Source: Eledone cirrhosa (Eukaryota). Taken from it: DNA of 64,000 nt. The translations under genes were made by a program, and so were the position numbers. Shown here one piece after another: positions 40,918 to 52,480 of the stretch. The stretch is taken from contig OZ024741.1 in assembly GCA_964016885.1 (NCBI GenBank), positions 244,280,001-244,344,000 on the forward strand, given 5' to 3'. The notes beneath the pieces are model-generated. The model did not search any database and had not been told where the DNA came from. It saw only the letters and a list, made by a program, of their open reading frames with translations. Positions within the stretch are counted from its first letter, which is position 1. The number at the start of each line of letters is the position of its first letter.

Positions 40918-43619
40918 AATTACAGATCGATCCAACCACGGGCGGCCGGCCCACGATCGAAAAGGTAACTCCGCCGCCAAATCCTAATTTTTGTGATTCG
41001 TTTCTTCGAAGCACACCATTCGCCGCCGGACTTCAGCTTCCTCATTTAGCATGGGCAGCTTTTCTTGAAAATCACACCACACTCAGCAAATGTGTGTCTG
41101 CACAGGTATCAGTAATTACAGATCAATCCGCCAACGGGCCGCCGGCCCACCATCGAAAAGGTAACTCCGCCGGCAAATTCGCATTTTTGTGATTCGTTTC
41201 TTCGAAGCACACCATTCGCTGGTGGACTTCAGCTTCCTCATTTAGCATAGGCAGCTTTTCTTGAAAATCAAACCACACACAGCAAATGTGTGTCTGCACA
41301 TGTACCAGTAATTACAGATCGATCCGACCACGGGCGGCCGGCCCACGATCGAAAAGGTACCTCCGCCGGCAAATCCTAATTTTTGTGATTCGTTTCTTCG
41401 AAGCACACCATTCGCCGCCGGACTTCAGCTTCCTCATTTAGCATGGGCAGCTTTTCTTGAAAATCACACCACACACAGGAAATGTGTGTCTGCACATGTA
41501 CCAGTACGTACAGATCGATCCCACCACGGGCGGCCGGCCCACGATCGAAAAGGTTACTCCGCCTGCAAATCGTCATTTTCGGATTCGTTTTCTTCGAAGC
41601 ACACCATTCGCCGGCGGACTTCAGCTGCCTCATTTAACATGGGCAGTTTTTCTTGAAGATCACACCACACACAGCCAATGAGTGTTTGCACATGTACCAG
41701 TAATTACAGATCGATCCGACCACGGGCAGCCGGCCCACGATCGAGAAAAAGGTAACTCCGCCGGCAAATAGTCATTTTTGTGATTCGTTTTCTTCGAAGC
41801 ACACCATTCGCCGCCGGACTTCAGCTGCCTCATTTAACATGGGCAGTTTTTCTTGAAGATCACACCACACACAGCCAATGAGTGTTTGCACATGTATCAG
41901 TAATTACAGATCGATCCGACCACGGGCGGCCGGCCCACGATCGAGAAAAAGGTAACTCCGCCGGCAAATAGTCATTTTTGTGATTCGTTTTCTTCGAAGC
42001 ACACCATTCGCCGCCGGACTTCAGCTTCCTCATTTAGCATGGGCAGCTTTTCTTGAAAATCACACCACACACAGCAAATGTGTGTCTGCACAGGTACCAG
42101 TAATTACAGATCGATCCGACCACGGGCGGCCGGCCTACGATCGAAAAGGTAACTCCGCCGGCAAATCCTAATTTTTGTGATTCGTTTCTTCGAAGCACAC
42201 CATTCGCCGCCGGACTTCAGCTTCCTCATTTAACATGGGCAGCTTTTCTTGAAAATCACACCACACACAGCAAATGTGTGTCGGCACATTTACCAGTAAT
42301 TACAGATCCATCCGACCCCGGGCGGCCGGCCCACGATCGAAAAGGTAACTCCGCCGGCATATCCGCATTTTTGTGATTCGTTTCTTCGAAGCACACCATT
42401 CGCCGCCGGACTTCAGCTTCCTCATTTAGCATGGGCAGCTTTTCTTGAAAATCACACCACACACAGCAAATGTGTGTCTGCACATGTACCAGTAATTACA
42501 GATCGATCCGACCACGGGCGGCCGGCCCACGATCGAAAATGTAACTCCGCCGGCAAATTCGCATTTTTGTGATTCGTTTCTTCGAAGCACACCATTCGCC
42601 GCCGGACTTCAGCTTCCTCATTTAGCATGGGCAGCTTTTCTTGAAAATCACACCACACACAGCAAATGTGTGTCTGCACAGGTACCCGTAATTACAGATC
42701 GATCCGACCACGGGCGGCCGGCCTACGATCGAAAAGGTAACTCCGCCGGCAAATCCTAATTTTTGTGATTCGTTTCTTCGAAGCACACCATTCGCCGCCG
42801 GACTTCAGCTTCCTCATTTAACATGGGCAGCTTTTCTTGAAAATCACACCACACACAGCAAATGTGTGTCGGCACATTTACCAGTAATTACAGATCGATC
42901 CGACCCCGGGCGGCCGGCCCACGATCGAAAAGGTAACTCCGCCGGCATATCCGCATTTTTGTGATTCGTTTCTTCGAAGCACACCATTCGCCGCCGGACT
43001 TCAGCTTCCTCATTTAGCATGGGCAGCTTTTCTTGAAAATCACACCACACACAGCAAATGTGTGTCTGCACATGTACCAGTAATTACAGATCGATCCGAC
43101 CACGGGCGGCCGGCCCACGATCGAAAATGTAACTCCGCCGGCAAATTCGCATTTTTGTGATTCGTTTCTTCGAAGCACACCATTCGCCGCCGGACTTCAG
43201 CTTCCTCATTTAGCATGGGCAGCTTTTCTTAAAAATCACACCACACACAGCAAATGTGTGTCTGCACAGGTATCAGTAATTACAGATCAATCCGCCCACG
43301 GGCGGCCGGCCCACCATCGAAAAGGTAACTCCGCCGGCAAATTCGCATTTTTGTGATTCGTTTTCTTCGAAGCACACCATTCGCCGCCGGACTTCAGCTT
43401 CCTCATTTAGCATGGGCAGCTTTTCTTGAAAATCACACCACACACAGCAAATGTGTGTCTGCACATGTACCAGTAATTACAGATCGATCCAACCACGGGC
43501 GGCCGGCCCACGATCGAAAAGGTAACTCCGCCGGCAAATCCTAATTTTTGTGATTCGTTTCTTCGAAGCACACCATTCGCCGCCGGACTTCAGCTTCCTC
43601 ATTTAGCATGGGCAGCTTT

Positions 43620-46600
43620 TCTTGAAAATCACACCACACACAGCAAATGTGTGTCTGCACATGTACCAGTACGTACAGATCGATCCGACCACGGGCGGCC
43701 GGCCCACATTCGAAAAGGTTACTCCGCCTGCAAATCGTCATTTTCGGATTCGTTTTCTTCGAAGCACACCATTCGCTGGTGAACTTCAGCTTCCTCATTT
43801 AGCATGGGCAACTTTTCTTGAAAATCACATCACACACAGCAAATGTGTGTCTGCACATGTACCAGTAATTACAGATCGATCCCACCACGGGCGGCCGGCC
43901 CGCGATTGAAAAGGTAACTCCGCCGGCAAATCGTCATTTTTGGATTCGTTTTCTTCGAAGCACACCATTCGCCGGCGGACTTTGTTGACGTTTAACACGG
44001 TTTGGTTCCACAGCCACAACTATTGATTTTACGGAGATATCTTGCTGAAATTCACGCCACACATAGCCAATGAGTGTCTGCACATGTACCAGTAATTACA
44101 GATCGATCCCACCACGGGCGGCCGGCCCACGATCGAAAAGGTAACTCCGCTGGCAAATCGTCATTTTTGTGATTCGTTTTCTTCGAAGCACACCATTCGG
44201 CGGCGGACTTTGTTGACGTTTAACACGGTTTGGTTCCACAGCCACAACTATTGATTTTACGGAGATATCTTGCTGAAATTCACGCCACACACAGCCAATG
44301 AGTGTCTGCACATGTACCAGTAATTACAGATCGATCCGACCACGGGCGGCCGGCCCGCGATTGAAAAGGTAACTCCGCCGGCAAATCGTCATTTTTGTGA
44401 TTCGTTTTCTTCGAAGCACATTATTCGCCGGCGGACTTCAGCTTCCTCATTTAGCATGGGCAGTTTTTCTTGAAGATCACACCACACACAGCCAATGAAT
44501 GTTTGCACAGGTACCAGTAATTACAGATCGATCCGACCACGGGCGGCCGGCCCACGATCGAAAAGGTAACTCCGCTGGCAAATCCGCATTTTTGTGATTC
44601 GTTTCTTCGAAGCACACCATTCGCCGCCGGACTTCAGCTGCCTCATTTAGCATGGGCAGTTTTTTTTGAAAATCACACCACACACAACCAATGTGTGTCT
44701 GCACATGTACCAGTAATTACAGATCGATCCCACCACGAGTTCAATGTAAACAAACTTACGCTCAACGACTTTGTTGACGTTTAACACGGTTTGGTTCCAC
44801 AGCCACAACTATTGATTTTACGGAGATATCTTGCTGAAAGCCAATGAGTGTCTGCACATGTACCAGTAATTACAGATCGATCCGACCACGGGCGGTCGGC
44901 CCGCGATTGAAAAGGTAACTCCGCCGGCAAATCCGCATTTTTGTGATTCGTTTCTTCGAAGCACACCATTCGCCGGCGGACTTCAGCTTCCTCATTTAGC
45001 ATGGGCAGTTTTTCTTAAAAATCACACCACACACAGGAAATGTGTGTCTGCACAGGTACCAGTAATTACAGATCGATCCGACCACGGGCGGCCGGCCTAC
45101 GATCGAAAAGGTAACTCCGCCGGCAAATCCTAATTTTTGTGATTCGTTTCTTCGAAGCACACCATTCGCCGCCGGACTTCAGCTTCCTCATTTAACATGG
45201 GCAGCTTTTCTTGAAAATCACACCACACACAGCAAATGTGTGTCGGCACATTTACCAGTAATTACAGATCGATCCGACCCCGGGCGGCCGGCCCACGATC
45301 GAAAAGGTAACTCCGCCGGCATATCCGCATTTTTGTGATTCGTTTCTTCGAAGCACACCATTCGCCGCCGGACTTCAGCTTCCTCATTTAGCATGGGCAG
45401 CTTTTCTTGAAAATCACACCACACACAGCAAATGTGTGTCTGCACATGTACCAGTAATTACAGATCGATCCGACCACGGGCGGCCGGCCCACGATCGAAA
45501 ATGTAACTCCGCCGGCAAATTCGCATTTTTGTGATTCGTTTCTTCGAAGCACACCATTCGCCGCCGGACTTCAGCTTCCTCATTTAGCATGGGCAGCTTT
45601 TCTTGAAAATCACACCACACACAGCAAATGTGTGTCTGCACATGTACCAGTACGTACAGATCGATCCGACCACGGGCGGCCGGCCCACATTCGAAAAGGT
45701 TACTCCGCCTGCAAATCGTCATTTTCGGATTCGTTTTCTTCGAAGCACACCATTCGCTGGTGAACTTCAGCTTCCTCATTTAGCATGGGCAACTTTTCTT
45801 GAAAATCACATCACACACAGCAAATGTGTGTCTGCACATGTACCAGTAATTACAGATCGATCCCACCACGGGCGGCCGGCCCGCGATTGAAAAGGTAACT
45901 CCGCCGGCAAATCGTCATTTTTGGATTCGTTTTCTTCGAAGCACACCATTCGCCGGCGGACTTTGTTGACGTTTAACACGGTTTGGTTCCACAGCCACAA
46001 CTATTGATTTTACGGAGATATCTTGCTGAAATTCACGCCACACATAGCCAATGAGTGTCTGCACATGTACCAGTAATTACAGATCGATCCCACCACGGGC
46101 GGCCGGCCCACGATCGAAAAGGTAACTCCGCTGGCAAATCGTCATTTTTGTGATTCGTTTTCTTCGAAGCACACCATTCGGCGGCGGACTTTGTTGACGT
46201 TTAACACGGTTTGGTTCCACAGCCACAACTATTGATTTTACGGAGATATCTTGCTGAAATTCACGCCACACACAGCCAATGAGTGTCTGCACATGTACCA
46301 GTAATTACAGATCGATCCGACCACGGGCGGCCGGCCCGCGATTGAAAAGGTAACTCCGCCGGCAAATCGTCATTTTTGTGATTCGTTTTCTTCGAAGCAC
46401 ATTATTCGCCGGCGGACTTCAGCTTCCTCATTTAGCATGGGCAGTTTTTCTTGAAGATCACACCACACACAGCCAATGAATGTTTGCACAGGTACCAGTA
46501 ATTACAGATCGATCCGACCACGGGCGGCCGGCCCACGATCGAAAAGGTAACTCCGCTGGCAAATCCGCATTTTTGTGATTCGTTTCTTCGAAGCACACCA

Positions 46601-49600
46601 TTCGCCGCCGGACTTCAGCTGCCTCATTTAGCATGGGCAGTTTTTTTTGAAAATCACACCACACACAACCAATGTGTGTCTGCACATGTACCAGTAATTA
46701 CAGATCGATCCCACCACGAGTTCAATGTAAACAAACTTACGCTCAACGACTTTGTTGACGTTTAACACGGTTTGGTTCCACAGCCACAACTATTGATTTT
46801 ACGGAGATATCTTGCTGAAAGCCAATGAGTGTCTGCACATGTACCAGTAATTACAGATCGATCCGACCACGGGCGGTCGGCCCGCGATTGAAAAGGTAAC
46901 TCCGCCGGCAAATCCGCATTTTTGTGATTCGTTTCTTCGAAGCACACCATTCGCCGGCGGACTTCAGCTTCCTCATTTAGCATGGGCAGTTTTTCTTAAA
47001 AATCACACCACACACAGGAAATGTGTGTCGGCACATTTACCAGTAATTACAGATCGATCCGACCCCGGGCGGCCGGCCCACGATCGAAAAGGTAACTCCG
47101 CCGGCATATCCGCATTTTTGTGATTCGTTTCTTCGAAGCACACCATTCGCCGCCGGACTTCAGCTTCCTCATTTAGCATGGGCAGCTTTTCTTGAAAATC
47201 ACACCACACACAGCAAATGTGTGTCTGCACATGTACCAGTAATTACAGATCGATCCGACCACGGGCGGCCGGCCCACGATCGAAAATGTAACTCCGCCGG
47301 CAAATTCGCATTTTTGTGATTCGTTTCTTCGAAGCACACCATTCGCCGCCGGACTTCAGCTTCCTCATTTAGCATGGGCAGCTTTTCTTGAAAATCACAC
47401 CACACACAGCAAATGTGTGTCTGCACAGGTACCCGTAATTACAGATCGATCCGACCACGGGCGGCCGGCCTACGATCGAAAAGGTAACTCCGCCGGCAAA
47501 TCCTAATTTTTGTGATTCGTTTCTTCGAAGCACACCATTCGCCGCCGGACTTCAGCTTCCTCATTTAACATGGGCAGCTTTTCTTGAAAATCACACCACA
47601 CACAGCAAATGTGTGTCGGCACATTTACCAGTAATTACAGATCGATCCGACCCCGGGCGGCCGGCCCACGATCGAAAAGGTAACTCCGCCGGCATATCCG
47701 CATTTTTGTGATTCGTTTCTTCGAAGCACACCATTCGCCGCCGGACTTCAGCTTCCTCATTTAGCATGGGCAGCTTTTCTTGAAAATCACACCACACACA
47801 GCAAATGTGTGTCTGCACATGTACCAGTAATTACAGATCGATCCGACCACGGGCGGCCGGCCCACGATCGAAAATGTAACTCCGCCGGCAAATTCGCATT
47901 TTTGTGATTCGTTTCTTCGAAGCACACCATTCGCCGCCGGACTTCAGCTTCCTCATTTAGCATGGGCAGCTTTTCTTGAAAATCACACCACACACAGCAA
48001 ATGTGTGTCTGCACATGTACCAGTACGTACAGATCGATCCGACCACGGGCGGCCGGCCCACATTCGAAAAGGTTACTCCGCCTGCAAATCGTCATTTTCG
48101 GATTCGTTTTCTTCGAAGCACACCATTCGCTGGTGAACTTCAGCTTCCTCATTTAGCATGGGCAACTTTTCTTGAAAATCACATCACACACAGCAAATGT
48201 GTGTCTGCACATGTACCAGTAATTACAGATCGATCCCACCACGGGCGGCCGGCCCGCGATTGAAAAGGTAACTCCGCCGGCAAATCGTCATTTTTGGATT
48301 CGTTTTCTTCGAAGCACACCATTCGCCGGCGGACTTTGTTGACGTTTAACACGGTTTGGTTCCACAGCCACAACTATTGATTTTACGGAGATATCTTGCT
48401 GAAATTCACGCCACACATAGCCAATGAGTGTCTGCACATGTACCAGTAATTACAGATCGATCCCACCACGGGCGGCCGGCCCACGATCGAAAAGGTAACT
48501 CCGCTGGCAAATCGTCATTTTTGTGATTCGTTTTCTTCGAAGCACACCATTCGGCGGCGGACTTTGTTGACGTTTAACACGGTTTGGTTCCACAGCCACA
48601 ACTATTGATTTTACGGAGATATCTTGCTGAAATTCACGCCACACACAGCCAATGAGTGTCTGCACATGTACCAGTAATTACAGATCGATCCGACCACGGG
48701 CGGCCGGCCCGCGATTGAAAAGGTAACTCCGCCGGCAAATCGTCATTTTTGTGATTCGTTTTCTTCGAAGCACATTATTCGCCGGCGGACTTCAGCTTCC
48801 TCATTTAGCATGGGCAGTTTTTCTTGAAGATCACACCACACACAGCCAATGAATGTTTGCACAGGTACCAGTAATTACAGATCGATCCGACCACGGGCGG
48901 CCGGCCCACGATCGAAAAGGTAACTCCGCTGGCAAATCCGCATTTTTGTGATTCGTTTCTTCGAAGCACACCATTCGCCGCCGGACTTCAGCTGCCTCAT
49001 TTAGCATGGGCAGTTTTTTTTGAAAATCACACCACACACAACCAATGTGTGTCTGCACATGTACCAGTAATTACAGATCGATCCCACCACGAGTTCAATG
49101 TAAACAAACTTACGCTCAACGACTTTGTTGACGTTTAACACGGTTTGGTTCCACAGCCACAACTATTGATTTTACGGAGATATCTTGCTGAAAGCCAATG
49201 AGTGTCTGCACATGTACCAGTAATTACAGATCGATCCGACCACGGGCGGTCGGCCCGCGATTGAAAAGGTAACTCCGCCGGCAAATCCGCATTTTTGTGA
49301 TTCGTTTCTTCGAAGCACACCATTCGCCGGCGGACTTCAGCTTCCTCATTTAGCATGGGCAGTTTTTCTTAAAAATCACACCACACACAGGAAATGTGTG
49401 TCTGCACAGGTACCAGTAATTACAGATCGATCCGACCACGGGCGGCCGGCCTACGATCGAAAAGGTAACTCCGCCGGCAAATCCTAATTTTTGTGATTCG
49501 TTTCTTCGAAGCACACCATTCGCCGCCGGACTTCAGCTTCCTCATTTAACATGGGCAGCTTTTCTTGAAAATCACACCACACACAGCAAATGTGTGTCGG

Positions 49601-52400
49601 CACATTTACCAGTAATTACAGATCGATCCGACCCCGGGCGGCCGGCCCACGATCGAAAAGGTAACTCCGCCGGCATATCCGCATTTTTGTGATTCGTTTC
49701 TTCGAAGCACACCATTCGCCGCCGGACTTCAGCTTCCTCATTTAGCATGGGCAGCTTTTCTTGAAAATCACACCACACACAGCAAATGTGTGTCTGCACA
49801 TGTACCAGTAATTACAGATCGATCCAACCACGGGCGGCCGGCCCACGATCGAAAAGGTAACTCCGCCGGCAAATCCTAATTTTTGTGATTCGTTTCTTCG
49901 AAGCACACCATTCGCCGCCGGACTTCAGCTTCCTCATTTAGCATGGGCAGCTTTTCTTGAAAATCACACCACACACAGCAAATGTGTGTCTGCACATGTA
50001 CCAGTACGTACAGATCGATCCGACCACGGGCGGCCGGCCCACATTCGAAAAGGTTACTCCGCCTGCAAATCGTCATTTTCGGATTCGTTTTCTTCGAAGC
50101 ACACCATTCGCTGGTGAACTTCAGCTTCCTCATTTAGCATGGGCAACTTTTCTTGAAAATCACATCACACACAGCAAATGTGTGTCTGCACATGTACCAG
50201 TAATTACAGATCGATCCCACCACGGGCGGCCGGCCCGCGATTGAAAAAGTAACTCCGCCGGCAAATCGTCATTTTTGGATTCGTTTTCTTCGAAGCACAC
50301 CATTCGCCGGCGGACTTTGTTGACGTTTAACACGGTTTGGTTCCACAGCCACAACTATTGATTTTACGGAGATATCTTGCTGAAATTCACGCCACACATA
50401 GCCAATGAGTGTCTGCACATGTACCAGTAATTACAGATCGATCCCACCACGGGCGGCCGGCCCACGATCGAAAAGGTAACTCCGCCGGCAAATCCTAATT
50501 TTTGTGATTCGTTTCTTCGAAGCACACCATTCGCCGCCGGACTTCAGCTTCCTCATTTAGCATGGGCAGCTTTTCTTAAAAATCACACCACACTCAGCAA
50601 ATGTGTGTCTGCACAGGTATCAGTAATTACAGATCAATCCGCCCACGGGCGGCCGGCCCACCATCGAAAAGGTAACTCCGCCGGCAAATTCGCATTTTTG
50701 TGATTCGTTTTCTTCGAAGCACACCATTCGCCGCCGGACTTCAGCTTCCTCATTTAGCATGGGCAGCTTTTCTTGAAAATCACACCACACACAGCAAATG
50801 TGTGTCTGCACATGTACCAGTAATTACAGATCGATCCAACCACGGGCGGCCGGCCCACGATCGAAAAGGTAACTCCGCCGGCAAATCCTAATTTTTGTGA
50901 TTCGTTTCTTCGAAGCACACCATTCGCCGCCGGACTTCAGCTTCCTCATTTAGCATGGGCAGCTTTTCTTGAAAATCACACCACACACAGCAAATGTGTG
51001 TCTGCACATGTACCAGTACGTACAGATCGATCCGACCACGGGCGGCCGGCCCACATTCGAAAAGGTTACTCCGCCTGCAAATCGTCATTTTCGGATTCGT
51101 TTTCTTCGAAGCACACCATTCGCTGGTGAACTTCAGCTTCCTCATTTAGCATGGGCAACTTTTCTTGAAAATCACATCACACACAGCAAATGTGTGTCTG
51201 CACATGTACCAGTAATTACAGATCGATCCCACCACGGGCGGCCGGCCCGCGATTGAAAAAGTAACTCCGCCGGCAAATCGTCATTTTTGGATTCGTTTTC
51301 TTCGAAGCACACCATTCGCCGGCGGACTTTGTTGACGTTTAACACGGTTTGGTTCCACAGCCACAACTATTGATTTTACGGAGATATCTTGCTGAAATTC
51401 ACGCCACACATAGCCAATGAGTGTCTGCACATGTACCAGTAATTACAGATCGATCCCACCACGGGCGGCCGGCCCACGATCGAAAAGGTAACTCCGCTGG
51501 CAAATCGTCATTTTTGTGATTCGTTTTCTTCGAAGCACACCATTCGGCGGCGGACTTTGTTGACGTTTAACACGGTTTGGTTCCACAGCCACAACTATTG
51601 ATTTTACGGAGATATCTTGCTGAAATTCACGCCACACACAGCCAATGAGTGTCTGCACATGTACCAGTAATTACAGATCGATCCGACCACGGGCGGCCGG
51701 CCCGCGATTGAAAAGGTAACTCCGCCGGCAAATCGTCATTTTTGTGATTCGTTTTCTTCGAAGCACATTATTCGCCGGCGGACTTCAGCTTCCTCATTTA
51801 GCATGGGCAGTTTTTCTTGAAGATCACACCACACACAGCCAATGAATGTTTGCACAGGTACCAGTAATTACAGATCGATCCGACCACGGGCGGCCGGCCC
51901 ACGATCGAAAAGGTAACTCCGCTGGCAAATCCGCATTTTTGTGATTCGTTTCTTCGAAGCACACCATTCGCCGCCGGACTTCAGCTGCCTCATTTAGCAT
52001 GGGCAGTTTTTTTTGAAAATCACACCACACACAACCAATGTGTGTCTGCACATGTACCAGTAATTACAGATCGATCCCACCACGAGTTCAATGTAAACAA
52101 ACTTACGCTCAACGACTTTGTTGACGTTTAACACGGTTTGGTTCCACAGCCACAACTATTGATTTTACGGAGATATCTTGCTGAAAGCCAATGAGTGTCT
52201 GCACATGTACCAGTAATTACAGATCGATCCGACCACGGGCGGTCGGCCCGCGATTGAAAAGGTAACTCCGCCGGCAAATCCGCATTTTTGTGATTCGTTT
52301 CTTCGAAGCACACCATTCGCCGGCGGACTTCAGCTTCCTCATTTAGCATGGGCAGTTTTTCTTAAAAATCACACCACACACAGGAAATGTGTGTCTGCAC
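43620..52400. repeat. Higher-order repeat of SatA array 2 (4 copies; periods 1981, 2373 and 2993 bp) marked by cassette-bearing monomers
   Basis: The marker GAGTTCAATGTAAACAAAC lies at 44737, 46718, 49091 and 52084. Each is preceded by the same ordered set of variant monomers. Confidence 0.92.
44738..44838. other. 101-bp non-SatA cassette embedded in a SatA monomer (long form; also at ~46719, ~49092 and ~52085)
   Basis: AGTTCAATGTAAACAAACTTACGCTCAACGACTTTGTTGACGTTTAACACGGTTTGGTTCCACAGCCACAACTATTGATTTTACGGAGATATCTTGCTGAA replaces most of a monomer, giving a 153-bp unit. Its 3' ~70 bp also occurs in nine 227/228-bp monomers. Confidence 0.9.
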
Positions 52401-52480
52401 ATGTACCAGTACTTACAGTTCGACCCGACCACGGGCGGCCGGCCCAGGATCTAAAAGGTTACTCCGCCTGCAAATCGTCA

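Larger units (their letters stand above)
40918..52480. repeat. SatA satellite array 2, same orientation as array 1, with monomers of 196, 200, 227/228 and 153 bp
   Basis: The same monomer resumes at AATTACAGATCGATCC (40918) and ends at CAAATCGTCA (52480). Confidence 0.97.

Noticed and set aside
60-52349. Recurrent 60-121 aa ORFs (MQTHICCVWCDFQEK..., MIRFLRSTPF...)
   Set aside because: They recur once per 196-bp monomer, overlap in shifted frames (196 is not a multiple of 3), and are freely broken by stops and 1-4 bp indels. I recognise no protein domain.
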